64,000 bases of DNA from Mobula hypostoma (taxonomy: Eukaryota). The position numbers and the translations under genes are program-made. Positions 1-12,392 of this stretch are shown piece by piece. The DNA lies in NCBI RefSeq assembly GCF_963921235.1, contig NC_086109.1:8310001-8374000 (forward strand), given 5' to 3'. Under the pieces are notes generated by a model, which worked only from the letters and a program-made list of their open reading frames with translations, was not told where the DNA came from and did not search any database. Positions within the stretch are counted from its first letter, which is position 1; each line of letters opens with the position of its first letter.

Positions 1-29
1 TCTTAATCTAACTATTTAATAGACATATG

Positions 30-1612
30 CAGTGGTGCTAGAAAGTTTGTGAACACTTTCATATTTACGCAGAAATTTTCTCTATTTCTGCATAAATATG
101 ATGTAAAATGTGATCATATCTTCACCCAATTCCTAAAACTAGATAAAGAGAACCCAATTAAATAAATAACACAAAAAACATTATACTTGTTCATTTATTT
201 ATTGAGAAGAATGATCTAATATTGCATGTATTTGTTGGAAAAAGTATGTGAACCTCTGGGGTAATGCCTTCTACAAAAGCTATTTGGAGTCAGATGTTGC
301 AATTAATGAGATAAGATTGGAGGTGTGGGTTGTAGAGGTGCCCTGCCCTATAAAGATACACAAAGCCAGGTTACTGGCAGAGCCTGCTCTTCTCAAGAAA
401 GATCTGTTTATGTGCACCATGCCACGAACAAAACAACTTTCAGAGGACCTTAGGAGAATTGTAAAGTTGCATGAAGCTGGAAAAGGCTACAAAAGCATTT
501 CTGAAAACCTGAGTGTTCATCAGTCCACAGTAAGGGAAATTGTCTACAAATGGAGGAAATTCAGTACTGTTGCTACTCTCCCTAGGAGTGGACATCTTGC
601 AAAGATCACACCAGGAGGTCAACATGCAGTGCTGAAGGAGGTGAAAAAGAACCCAAGGGAGATCTCTAGAACTTGCTAAAGTCTCTGTTCATGTGTCCAC
701 TATAAGAAAAACTCTGAACAAGAATGGTGTTCATGGAAGGATGCTCTCCAAGTACAACATTGCTGCATGTCTCGCTTGCAAAAGACCACCTGGATGTTCT
801 ACAGCACTTCTGGGACAATGTTCTGTGGACAGATGAGACAAAAGTTGAACTTCTTGGCAGAAATGCACATTGCTATGTTTGGAGGAAAAAGGGCACTGCA
901 CACCAACACCAAAACCTCATCCCAATTGTGAAGCACGGTGGAAGGAGCACCATGGCTTGGGGCTGCTTTGCTGCCTCGGAGGCTGGACACTTGCAGTTTG
1001 AGGGAACAATGAATTCAAAATTGTATCAAGACATTTTACAGGAGAATGTCAGGGTAGCAGTCTGTCACCTGAAGCTGAATAGAAGTTGGATAATGCAACA
1101 AAGCAATGATCCAAAATACAAGAGTAAGTCAACAACAGAATGGTCTAAGAAGAAGAAAGTTTGTGTTTTAGAATATCCGAGTCAAAGTCCTGACCTTACT
1201 CCTATAGAAATGGTGTGGAGGGACTTGAAGCAAGCAGTGCATGTAAGGAGGCCCACCAGCATCCCAAGAGTTGAAGCAGTTTTGTAAGGAGAAATGGCCG
1301 AAAATTCCTCCAAGCCAATGGGCAGGGCTGATCAACAGTTAACCAGAAATGTTTCGTTGAAGTTATTGCTGTACAGGGGTGGGGGAATTACACCAGTTAC
1401 TGTAAACAAAGGTTCACGTACTTTTTCCAACAAATACGTGTAATAGTGGATCATTTTTCTCAATAAATGAAAAACATATGTTTTTGTGTCACTTATTTAA
1501 TTTGGTTCTCTTTATCTAGTTTTAAGACTGGCGTGAAGATCTGATCACATTTTAGGTCATATGCAGAAATAGAGATAATTCTACAGGGTTCACAAACTTT
1601 CTAGCACCACTG
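30..1612 (+). mobile_element. Tc1/mariner DNA transposon (IR/DR type, Frog Prince-like), near full length, dead
   Basis: Ends are CAGTGGTGCTAGAAAGTTTGTGAAC (30) and GTTCACAAACTTTCTAGCACCACTG (1612), followed by TA; the left TA has become TG. Imperfect inverted repeats of ~200-225 bp lie at 30-255 and ~1410-1612. The internal transposase is frameshifted. Confidence 0.93.
419..1400 (+). pseudogene. Tc1 DD34E transposase pseudogene
   Basis: MPRTKQLSEDLRRIVKLHEAGKGYKSIS..LPRSG (paired-like HTH), VLWTDETKVEL, KHGGRSTMAWGCF, QQSNDPKY (second catalytic Asp lost) and SPDLTPIEMVW are split over several frames. Confidence 0.9.
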
Positions 1613-2098
1613 TATATATTTACTGCAATTGATCTACTTATGTATTTTTTCTTTCTATACTATTATGTATTGCATTGAACTGCTGCTGCTAAGTTAACAA
1701 ATTTCACAATACAATGATAATAAACCTGATTCTGATTCAATGGAAAACTACGCACAAGCAAAGAATGCGCAGAAGAAGACAAATTGCAACTAAAATTGGT
1801 AGATAGATAAATAAGTAATACTGAGAACATGAGTTGTAGAGTCCTTAAAAGTGTGTTCATAGCTTGTGTTGAGTGATCATTTCAGTGTAGAAGTTAGTGA
1901 AGTTATCCAGCTTGGTTCAGGAGCTTGATGGTCGTAGGGTGACAACTGCTCCTGACCCTGGTGCTGTGGGACCTAAGGCTCCTTTACAGGTGTGAAGGTG
2001 GAGCTTAGGGGAAAGATCAGGACAGTCTTGATCACTTTGATTGGTGCAATAGGGTTGAGGACTGTGTAACTTCTTGCTCTCATCTCCTCTGCCTTTAA

Positions 2099-2359
<261 letters not shown>

Positions 2360-2501
2360 TAATTTGCTCCTTCCTACTTGTACAAAGTAGTGATTCAAGA
2401 TTGTTCAATGTCATTTCCAATACATAAGTATAAAGGGGAACAAAATAATTTTCACTCTGGATCCAGTGCAGCACAAAAAGAAATACAATAAGATAAAGAG
2501 A

Positions 2502-2788
2502 GGCATGGTAACATAGTGGTGAGCACAACACTTTACAGTACTGGCGACATGGGTTCAATTCCCACCACTGCCTGGAAGAGTTTGTGTGTTCTCCCCGTGA
2601 GCATGTGGATTTCCTCCGGGTGCTCTGGTTTCCTCCCACAATCCAAAGACATACCGACTGGTAGGTTAATTGGTCATTGTAAATTGTCCCGTGATTAGGC
2701 TAGAATTAAATAGGGGGATTGCTGGGTGGTGCAGCTCAACGAGCTGGAAGGGCCCATTCTGCGCTCTATCTCAGTAAGTAAATAAATA
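2502..2788 (+). mobile_element. tRNA-derived V-SINE (HE1-like)
   Basis: A/B-box-like head (GGTTCAATTCCC), central GTGGATTTCCTCCGGGTGCTCTGGTTTCCTCCCACA V-domain-like core and TAAA tail; many copies in the window. Confidence 0.8.
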
Positions 2789-3523
2789 GCGCAGTAAGTT
2801 TTTAAAAGTTAATATAAATGCTTAATGTAGCTTGTATGCATAGATTGACTGTATGTTCTTAAGGTGACACTAGGAACAGGAGATTTTGCACATGCGTAAG
2901 GTGACTGACAGGAAATAATAAGGTCATGATGGTTGGGAGTATGGAGGAGTGGGTTAATGGGTGGAGGTGTTGATCAACCTTACTGCTTGGGGAAGTTTTT
3001 TGAGTCTGGTTGTCACTGCATGGATGCTACATGGCCTCTTCCCTGAAGGCGCTGGGTGGAGGAGATGGGAAAGTATTCCTTTTAATCAAAGTCAAGGTCA
3101 AGTTTATTGTCACGTGCACAACTACCTGTGAAGTAAATTACTAACACGAGAAATATGCAGATGCTGGAAACCCAAAGCAATACAAACAAAATGCTGGAAG
3201 GACTCAGCAGGGCAGGCAGCATCTGTGGAAAAGAGTAAACAGTCGACTTTCTGATGTCTGGTAATAGGTGTGGAGCATTCATCAGTTCTACAGTGACAAC
3301 GATTGGACAGTCTACTTGGGATAATTCCCCCTCTCTTATTAGCACATCATAAGAACTAGCCTCCCCTCCATGGAATCTGTTTACACTTCCCGCTGCCTCA
3401 GTTAAGCAACCAGAATAATCTATGACCCCACACCCTGGACAGAAGATACAAAAACCTGAAAGCCCATGTCACCAGACTGAAGGACAGCTTCTTCCCCTCT
3501 GTAATAAGACTATTAAACAGTTC

Positions 3524-3985
3524 TGTTGGATTCTGATGTTTTTAATACAAGGTTCTTTCAGAAGTCAGGAAGGAGGCACAAAACTAGCTAATTCACAACC
3601 ATTTTATTTAGCGTTAATAGGAAACGGGAGCAGAAGCTAGTCGCAGAAGGCTTAAAGACAAAGAGAATAGGATACTAAGATTAAGATGTTGTCGCCTTGC
3701 AGTCAGCTATTTTTACAGTACAGACAAGGACAATTCCATTCAAATTTATAGATATAAGTCAACCAATGAGTTATTTCCTTTTCAAATTATGGAGAGTTTT
3801 TCCAGACTTATACCATTAGGGGTCTATTAAACTTGCATATACATATGAGTACCACTAGGAAGCATACTAGGCAGTTACCTGTATAGAGGTAATTATATAA
3901 AATACAAGCAGACAACTAATTGTTAAACTGCAAAAAAAAATCAATTAAACAGTCTAATCTAAGAATTAAACAGTTGGATCCAACT
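3524..3985. mobile_element. possible solo LTR
   Basis: TGTTGGATTC ... GGATCCAAC short terminal inverted ends; ~460 bp interrupting a LINE 3' tail; no clean TSD found. Confidence 0.35.
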
Positions 3986-4282
3986 AATCAGAATTAGTTT
4001 TATTATCACCGGCATGTGACATGAAATTAGTCCCCTAGTACAAAAAGATGGACCTTTGACCTCACAATCCATCTAGTTATGACCTTACACCTTTTAGTCT
4101 TACTGCACTGTGCTTTCTCTGCGTTGCTATTGTTTTACCTTATTCTACCTCAGTGCACTGTGTAATTATTTGATCTGTATGAACGGTATGCAAGACCAGT
4201 TTTTCACTGTACATGCGACAATAATAAACCAATACCAATTCCAGTTTTCTGTAGATCAAATTGTGACAATTCTTCTTCACAG

Positions 4283-4494
4283 GTGAGAAGTTTTTTGACA
4301 TCGACAGTGGAAGGAATGCTCCACTCCACTCCCCCCCGACTGAACATTACACCATTGTCTTCAACACCTTCGTGATGATGCAGCTCTTCAACGAGATCAA
4401 CGCTCGCAAGATCCACGGGGAGCGCAACGTATTTGAAGCAATTTTCCGAAATCCAATCTTTTGCAGCATTGTGGTGGGGACTTTTCTGATTCAG
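4283..4494 (+). CDS. ATP2B4: PMCA4 internal exon: (G)[50 protein letters not shown]...FLIQ
   Basis: Acceptor cacag|GT and donor CAG|gtattg; 212 nt; phase continues from the previous exon; [16 protein letters not shown] motif. Confidence 0.96.
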
Positions 4495-4686
4495 GTATTG
4501 TGTTATTCAGGGTGTTCAAAAATAGATTTATTATCAACGTGCATAAGTGTTACCATATACTACCTTGAGATACCTAAAGAAAAACAACATAAATTATGAA
4601 AAACTATACATAAACTGACAAACTACCTAATACCTAACAGTTGATTTCAATCCCGTTTATTTGGAGTGTGAATGGATAACCATATG

Positions 4687-5262
4687 ATATAAGAGCAGAA
4701 TTAGGCCATTTGGCCCATCAAGTCTGCTCTGCCATTTCATCATGGCTGATCCATTATTCCTCTCAGCTCCAATCTCCTGCCTTCTTCCCATATCCCTTCA
4801 CGCCCTGACCATTCAAGAATATCAACCTCTGCCGTAAACATACCTAATGACTTGGCCTCCACAGCTGCATGTGGCAACAAATTCCACAAACTCACCACTC
4901 TCTGGCTAAAGAAATTGCTCCTCATCTCTGTTCTAAAAGGACGTCCCTCTGCTCTGAGGTTGTGTCTTCTGGTCTTAGACTCTCCCATCATAAGAAACAT
5001 TCTCTCCACATCCACTCTATCAAGGCCTTTCCACGTTTGATAGGTTTCATTGAGGTCACCTCTCATTCTTCTGAATTCCAGTGAGTACAGGCCCAGAGCC
5101 ATCAGACACTCCTCATGTGACAAGCCTTTCAATCCTGGAAATATTTTCATGAACCTCCTTTGACCCTATCCAATGTCGGCACATCCCTTCTTAGTTAAGG
5201 GGCCCAAAGCTGCTCACAATACTTCAAGTGAGGCCTCACCCGTGCTTTGTAAGCCTCAACAT
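4687..5262 (-). mobile_element. CR1-type LINE 3' fragment
   Basis: ORF 4740-5150(-) reads LGLYSLEFRRMRGDL...NFFSQRVVSLWNLLP, the typical CR1 ORF2 C-terminus. Confidence 0.85.
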
Positions 5263-5918
5263 TAAAGCACTGGTTTATTGAGCCACTTCACTTTTGCACT
5301 GTCCTCTGTCAGTGTGGAGAGAATCTGCTTAATGTGCTCACTTCGCTGCATTGGAAGTGAAGCCACAAAGGAACAGCTGTTTCCAAACCAAACCAGGTTC
5401 TGTCTGGGCCCTGGAGGAACTCAGCAGGTCAGGCACCGTCTGTGGAGGGAGATGGACAGTTGGTATTTTGGGTCAAGACCCTTCATTGGGACTAGCAGGT
5501 TCCCCTCCCGTGTCCCAGAGATGTGCATATTAATAGGTTAATTGCTACTGGGTAGTTGAGTGGTGGGATCTGGAGTCGAGTTCTTGAGAACGTGGGATAC
5601 AATAAAAATGGGATTAATGTCAGGTTTGTGTAATTTGGGTGGTTGAACAGTCAACGTATCATAGAAATACACCCAAATCAGCGCGAGTTAATCAGTCTGA
5701 TGGCCTGGTGGAAAGAGATGTCCTGGAACCTGTTGGTCCTGGCTTTTATGCTGCCGTACCGTTTCCTGGGTGGTAGCAGCTGGAATAGATTGGGGTTGGG
5801 GTGACTCGGGTCCCCAGTGAACCTTCGGACCCTTTTTGCACACCTGTCTTTGCAAATGCCCTGAATCAAGGGGACCCGAGATGTAACACTAATCAATACC
5901 AAACCAGTTCTCGTAGTA

Positions 5919-5998
5919 CAGGGGTTTCAAACTTGGGGTCCCAGGACACTTTGGTTTACGGTAAGGCTCTGTGGCATAAAGTAGGTTGGGAACCCCTG
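5919..5998. mobile_element. ~80-bp hAT-like MITE (other copies ~13888-13967, 29931-30010, 30497-30576, 35405-35476, 62324-62402)
   Basis: CAGGGGTT(C/T)CC/AAAC ... GTTGGGAACCCCTG terminal inverted repeats recur in six or more copies. Confidence 0.65.
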
Positions 5999-6091
5999 AC
6001 CCAGTGGATGTACTTCGCAAACTAATGCGATTTTAAAAGATTACAGAAGGTGCATGAGGGTGTCTGATTCTAGAATTTTCCTCTGTTTCAG

Positions 6092-6199
6092 ATCGTCATC
6101 GTGGAGTTCGGAGGGAAACCGTTCAGCTGCTCGGGGCTGACTCTCGACCAGTGGCTTTGGTGCATTTTCATTGGCATTGGAGAGCTGCTGTGGGGACAG
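6092..6199 (+). CDS. ATP2B4: PMCA4 exon (TM9-TM10): [36 protein letters not shown]
   Basis: Acceptor tttcag|ATC and donor CAG|gtacgg; 108 nt, phase 0. IVEFGG and [11 protein letters not shown] resemble PMCA4. Confidence 0.96.
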
Positions 6200-6403
6200 G
6201 TACGGTGCTCACCTTACCCCGTGTGTGGACCACCTCGCAACCTCGGCATGTCGCCGGTTGTCTGACGGGCTCCACCGTCTGGCTTCGTCCAGTCTGGGTG
6301 TGGGAGGGGGATTTGGGGGCGTTCCTTCCCCCAGGAGAGTCAACGCTTGCTGATCAACTTGCTTCAGGTGCAGATTTACTCCATCGAAATCTATGGTGAA
6401 ACA

Positions 6404-6766
6404 CATCACAGGAAACGCTAAGGGGACTCAGCAGGTCACGCAGCATCTGTGGCCAACCCTTCATCGGGACTGGGAAGGAAGGGAGAAGAAGGGCAGAGGG
6501 GGGAAGAGTACAAGCTGGCAGGTGAAGGGGATGATGGATGAAATAAGCAGCTGGGAGGTGACAGGTGGAAGAGGTAAAGGTATGAAGATGAAGGAGTCTG
6601 ATAGGAGAGTGAACCGTGGGAGAAAGGGAAGGAGGAAGGGCACCAAAGAAGGTGATGGACAGATGAGGGGAAAAGAAACGATAAGAGGAGAACTAGAATG
6701 GGGAATTGTAAAAGAGAGAAGGGAAAAGGAGAGAAATCAGTGTTCATGCTGTCAGGTTGGAGACTA
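6404..6766 (-). mobile_element. Penelope-like element 3' fragment
   Basis: Minus-strand SLQPDSMNTDFS (end of the GIY-YIG region), a pyrimidine-rich 3' region, a degenerate hammerhead core (CCGATGAAGGG) and the shared GATGCTGC..CCTGCTGAGT tail. Confidence 0.7.
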
Positions 6767-7212
6767 TGCATTCATTGAAGTATGGCATTTGTGTGAACAG
6801 CCAATATAACCAAGGATGTGCTGGGGGCAGCCCGCAAAATTTCACTACACATTCCGTCGACAGCATAGAATGCCCATGTTGTTCAACACAACAACAGAAC
6901 AATACCGACAAAATAAGTCCCTATCCCCTACCCTCCCACACCCTCATACATTCAGGGCGGGCAGCCTTTGGGCTGCCAATCCTTGGCTCCGAACTCTCAA
7001 ACACAAGGGGAACAGCTTTGACTGTCGCCAAGGGATTCTACGTTCATCAGGGGGATTAGCCAAGGTAATGTTCCGTCCCAAACACTGTTCCTCTGACAAA
7101 TGCAGCACGCTATTTGTTCCCCTTTATTTATCTGTTCAATGGTTGGACAAACTTGGCTTCTTCTCCCTAAGGCAGGGGGGAGACCTCATAGTTTGAAACT
7201 ATGAGAGCTGTA

Positions 7213-9391
7213 CAGTGTCTTGAAAAAATAATCAGCCCCCACAACTATTCTCACATTTTTACTGTCTTATTTTCTAAATTTGAAATACATTGAAATAGGA
7301 TTTTTGAACTAATCTACAAAACATTGTGCATCATGTTACATCATTGTGCATAGTTACAGCTATATAGGACCCTGGCCAGACCCCACTTGGAGTACGATGC
7401 TCAGTTCTGGACACCTCACTACAGGAAGGATGTGGAAACTATAAAAAGGGTGTGGAAGCTATTGAAAGGGGTGCAGAGGAGATTTACAAGGATGAGAATA
7501 GGTTGAGTGAACTCGGCCTTTTCTCCTTGGAGCGATGGAGGACGAAAGGTGACCTGATAGAGGTGTGTAAGATGATGAGAGGCATTGATCACGTTAATAG
7601 TCAAAAAGACTTTTTCCCAGGGTTGAAATGGCTAACATGAGAGGGCACAGTTTTAAGGTGCTTGGAAGTAGGTACAGAGAAGATGTCAGGGTAATTTTTT
7701 TTATGCAGAGAATGGAGAGTGTGTGGAATGGGCTGCTAGTGACTGTGGTGGAGGCGGATACAATAGGGTCTTTTAAGAGTCTCCTGGATAGGTACATGGA
7801 GCTTAGAAAAATAGAGGGCTATGGGTAACCCTAGGTAATTTCTAAAGTAAGTATATGTTTGGCACAGCATTGTGGGCCGAAGGGCCTGTATTGTGCTGTA
7901 GGTTTTCTATGTTTCTATGTCAAATCAAAAGAAAAATTCCAAATTCCAATTTGCTAAAAATTAAAAACCAAATTTGTGAGGCTGAAAAAGTATTCATCCC
8001 CTTAGTAATTACTACGCTAACTTTCCTCAGGTGCCATATGACCTTACCAATTCACCCGATTTGTTGATGTAGAAAATTGGAGGATCACCTGTTTTCAATG
8101 AATTCATGAGAATAAATGCCCACTCTATCTGTATGGTCCAACAGTATGGTAGATCTTCAACTGACCAAACTAAAATGAAGACAAAAGAGCATTCAAGACT
8201 AGTAAGGAAAGATAATAGAGAAGCACAAATCTGGGGAAGGGTACAAGACCATCTCAAAGGCATCAAACATACCTTGGAGCTCATGAAAAAGTGGGAAAAA
8301 TATGAAACTACAACCACCTTGCCTAGGTGAGGCCGCCCCCTCTGGACTATAGAAGAATGGCACTTGTAGGAGAGGCTACTGTGACGCAGGTAGTCACTCT
8401 GAACGACTGCAGAGTCAGTGGCTGCAACTGGAGAAGAATTTCATGGCTCCCCAATTTCTTAGTCTTTGTGCAAAAAGGGTATGGAAGAGTGGTGAGGAAA
8501 AAGCCTTGGCTTTAAAGAAAAGCATATCCTTGCCCATAAAGACTTTGCAAAGTGTCACTTCAAAAAGATATGGTAAAGATGTGGAAGAAGGTCTTGTGGT
8601 CGGATGAGATTAGAGTGGAATTTTTTGGCCTCAGCATGAAGGGTTATGTATGGTGTAAATCTAATACTGCGCGTCAGCCAGGTAACACCATCCCTACTGT
8701 AAAGTATGATGGAGGTAGCATTATGCTATGGAGATGCTTTTCAGCAGCAGGGACAAGAAATTTGGTCAGGATTGATGGGAAGGTGAATGCTGGTAAATAC
8801 AAAGAGATTCTGGATAAAAACCTGCTAGCTTCTGCCAGAAAGCTTAAACCGGGGAGGAAATTCATCTTTCAGCAGGTCAGTGACCCTAAGCACACTGCCA
8901 GAGCAACTGTGGAGTGGTTTCAGATGAAGAAAACTGATGTCCTTGAGTGACCCAGTCATAGTCCAGACCTTAACCCAATCGAACTCCTCTGGTGAGACCT
9001 CAAGGTTGCCGTCCACTGCCGCTCCCGAACTGACCTGGCACAGCTCGAGCAATTTTGCAAAGGGGAATGGGAAAATCTCAATCCCTTGCCTTGTTCAAAG
9101 CTAATGGAGACTTATCCAAAAAGACTACTGGCTGTAATAGCTGCGAGAGGTGTTTCAACTAAATACTGAACAAAGGGGTATGAGTACTTTTGAACTGCTG
9201 ACATTTCAGTTTTTGAATTTTTCATTTTCATGCTTTACAATTTCCCCTGATTTTTGGGGGATCTACTGTGAAAAGAGGAGAGGATGTGATTCACAAATAA
9301 ATAATGTCAGTCAATCTGATCAAAATCCCTGGTTGTAATACTCATTTATGTGAACAAAGGTCTGGGAGCTGAATGCTTTTGCAAGGCACTG
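7213..9391 (+). mobile_element. Tc1 transposon (Passport-like), dead, carrying a nested CR1
   Basis: TA|CAGTGTCTTGAAAAAATAATCAGCCCC ... GGAGCTGAATGCTTTTGCAAGGCACTG|TA; inner repeats near 7985 and 9172. Transposase remnants include MKTKEHS (8175), VLWSDEIRVEFFG, VKYDGGSIMLWRCF and SPDLNPIE, ending near 9169. Confidence 0.9.
7352..7920 (+). mobile_element. CR1-type LINE 3' fragment nested in the left IR of the Tc1
   Basis: RLSELGLFSLERWRTKGDLIEV and (TTCTATGT)n tail; the Tc1 IR sequence resumes at CAAATCAAAAG (7921). Confidence 0.85.
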
Positions 9392-11026
9392 TACATAGGG
9401 TAGACAGTATCTTTTCCCCAGGGTAGAGATGTCCAATACCAAAGGACATGCTCTTAAAGATCAGAAGGGGGCGGTTTAAAAGTGATGTGAGGAGAATGGC
9501 AGGTGTTTGGAATGGATTGCCAGGAGTAGTGGAAGGAATAGGAATTTAAGAGGCTTTATGAAGGGAATGGAGGGATATCATACACTGGAAGAGCATAAAG
9601 TAGCGTCAAGGTCAGCACGGCATTGTGGGCCGAAAGGCCTGCCCAGTGTTGTACTGTTTGACGTTCTATCTTCAATGCGGAGCCAAGTGCATTGAGCAAC
9701 TGATGAATTTAAACTGGAATGACTGAGTCATGTTTCCTGGTAGCCGCCTGCCGCAGTGTTTCAGCGAGTTAGCAACAGGAACTCCCTCGCGAGCGAAGTG
9801 CTGTCAACAGGGAAGGATGGAAATTTATGTCATAATTTGTGTTCCAAGTATCGCGGGTGGGATGTGACCCCTGCTGCCTTTCGAACTTGCAACTCAACAG
9901 CTGATGTTAACATCATTCAAAAAGTTCAAAGTAAATGTATTACCAAGGTACATACATGTGGGCATATACTACCCTGCCCTGCGTTTACTTGCAGGCATTC
10001 GCAGTAGGGCAGATAAATACAATGGAAACAATTAAGAACTACACACAAACAAGGAATCCGACACTGAGTTAGTGCCTTTAATGTAATAAGGTATCCCTGG
10101 GAATATCACAGGAGAGTTAGAACATGGAGCAGTAAAGCACAGTACAGACCCTTCAGCCCACAATGCTGTGCCAACCCTTTAACCTATTCTACGATCAATT
10201 TAACATTTTCCTCCTGCATAATCCTCTGTTTTTCTTCCACAGAGTGTCTTTCATGCCCCTAATATATCTGCCTCTTCTGCCACCTCTCGCAGAGTGTCCA
10301 TGCACCCACCACTCTCTGTGTAAAAACCATCCTCTGACATAACCCCCCCCCCGCCACACTTCCCTCCAATCACCTTAAAATGATGCCCTCTCGCATTAGC
10401 CACCTCCAACCTGGGAAGAAGCCTCTGGCTGTCCATTCGATCAATGCCTCCGATCATCTTACAGAATCAGATTTATTGTCACTGACGTATGTCGTGAAAT
10501 TTGTTGTTCTGCAGCAGCCATACAGTGCAATATATTAAGTAAGTTACAATATGAAATATTAAAAAGAATAAATGAATAGTTCAAAAGGAGAGCAAAATCA
10601 GAGGTAGCATTCATGGACCATTCAGAAATCTAATGGCCAAGGGGAAAAATCGGTTCCTAAATGTTGAGTGTGTGTTTTCTTCTACCTTTGCACATCTGAC
10701 AAGTCACCTCTCATTCCCCCTTTGCTCTAAGTAGAAAAGCCCTAGCTCGCTCTAACTTTCCCCATATGATGTGCTCTCTAAACCAGGCAACATCCTGGTA
10801 AATCTCCTCTGCACCCTCTCTAAAGCTTCCACATCCTTCCTATAATGAAGCAACCAGAATTGAACACTGAACACAATACTCCCCAGTGTGGTCTAACCAG
10901 AGTCTTATGGAGCCTTGGCGGTGTTGGTAGAGAAGGTTTGCCTCACAATAATCTAGAATGAGTCTCCTTCCCCCACACCACCACTGAGTCTGCATAACGA
11001 TAACCAGCTCAAACTTTTATGTGCAG

Positions 11027-11209
11027 GTAATCGCCAGCATCCCAACCAGCCGCCTGAAGTTCCTGAAGGAGGCAGGCCACGGCACGACAAAAGATGACAT
11101 CCCTGAGGGAGAACTGATGGAGGACAACGATGAAATTGACCATGCAGAGATGGAACTGCGGCGAGGGCAGATCCTCTGGTTCAGAGGTCTGAATAGAATC
11201 CAGACTCAG
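11027..11209 (+). CDS. ATP2B4: PMCA4 exon with N-half of the calmodulin-binding domain: [22 protein letters not shown]...[27 protein letters not shown]
   Basis: Acceptor gcag|GTA and donor CAG|gtatgc; 183 nt. AEMELRRG (Met) matches PMCA4, whereas PMCA1-3 have AERELRRG. Confidence 0.96.
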
Positions 11210-11609
11210 GTATGCTGACAACCCCATAGCCCACCACAGCAATGGATCCATGACTGGAAACTCTCACTCGAAAGGAATTAGACCACCCGCTCCCTCCAAA
11301 AGCTGCCAATCCCCACCCTCTTTACCAATGTCTCTCACTGAACTGATGTTTTGTTTTAAATAAGACAGTATTTATGTGAAAGGTCCCTTCTCTAGGTAAT
11401 GTCCACCCACACCTGTCTCTAGAAGCCAATTGTACACCAATTCTTGTCTATCTGGCCAAAAAAATAACCTCTCCTCCAGGGTTTCTGTTTTCCTGTCTTT
11501 TCCCTTCTCTTGACATAGCTCTTAAACATTTTACATTTTGCTTACGTTCCTTTACTGTTTTAGTCTTGTTGTGGGGTGCTTGAAATTGTCCGGTGTAACT
11601 GCGACTCTA

Positions 11610-12150
11610 CGTCATTCCTTTGATTTCCAACATTTTCCTTTCCATCCCTTCTCCTTTTCTCCCTTTCTTTTCCTCCCTCTCTTTTCCTCCAAGTTCTTCC
11701 ACATTCGCTGCGTTGTCCTATAGTCTCTGTCTCGCTCTCATCTTCCCTTGCCATCGGTCTCTTGTCTCCTCTGCTTTCACTTTCTCCTGGCTCATCAACC
11801 CACCCTTCCCCTCCGCTGCCACCTCCCTCTCTGAATTCCATTGCTGACTCCCCTCCCCCCACTGTCTCCCTTTCGTTCCTGCTCTTCCTGTCAACACGCA
11901 CCCCCATTCCTTGCTCCTTGCCTTTTCTGTGTCCTCTACACTCCACACCCCCAACCCGCTCTGCCTTGGCCCTTGCTGGCTTCACTCTCCTCCCCCCCAC
12001 CTTCTCCAACCCCTCTGGCTCAACTCTCTGCCCCTTTCTCTCTTCCAGCCCCCCCATCTCTGCCCCTCCTTCCCTCCCTCCCCATCTCTAACCACCCCCC
12101 CTCCCTCTGGCCTTTCCCCACAAAGTACCTCTTCTCTCTTTCTGTCTTTG
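11610..12150 (+). repeat. long C/T-rich low-complexity tract
   Basis: ~540 nt strongly pyrimidine-biased on the + strand, directly upstream of the cassette exon. Confidence 0.8.
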
Positions 12151-12191
12151 CAATATGGAGCAAAGCTGTTTTATTCTCTGATTCTTTGCAG

Positions 12192-12363
12192 ATGGGCGTA
12201 GTCAACACCTTCCAGGGTGGACCTTCCTTGCAGGGAGCGTTGAGAAGGCAGCCCTCCATAATCAGCCAGCACCACGATGTAAAAAATCTTTCTACCCCAA
12301 CACATGTAGTGCTTTCTACTGCCAATACTACACCTGCCGCTTCTGCTACTACCACAGTGGGGC
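12192..12363 (+). CDS. ATP2B4: PMCA splice-site-C cassette exon (172 nt): MGVVNTFQGGPSLQGALRRQPSIISQHHDVKNLSTPTHVVLST...TTTVG
   Basis: Acceptor ttgcag|ATG and donor GGC|gtgagt. The peptide is homologous to known site-C exons. Length 3n+1 gives an 'a'-type tail HQSGECIP* (stop 22339-22341) when joined to 22316. Confidence 0.9.
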
Positions 12364-12386
12364 GTGAGTGCTGGTTTCTTACAAAC

Positions 12387-12392
12387 TGCATG
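12387..12392 (+). promoter_or_regulatory. TGCATG Rbfox-type splicing element downstream of the cassette exon
   Basis: Exact TGCATG 24 nt into the intron after the site-C exon donor. Confidence 0.55.

Noticed and set aside
248..1287. Active transposase genes (also 8552-8950 and 36827-37534)
   Set aside because: Multiple frameshifts and stops, and in two elements an altered catalytic Asp region.
11538..12190. Several long ORFs on both strands (e.g. 11560-12057, 11841-12395)
   Set aside because: They are artefacts of the stop-poor C/T-rich tract; only 12192-12363 has splice sites and homology.
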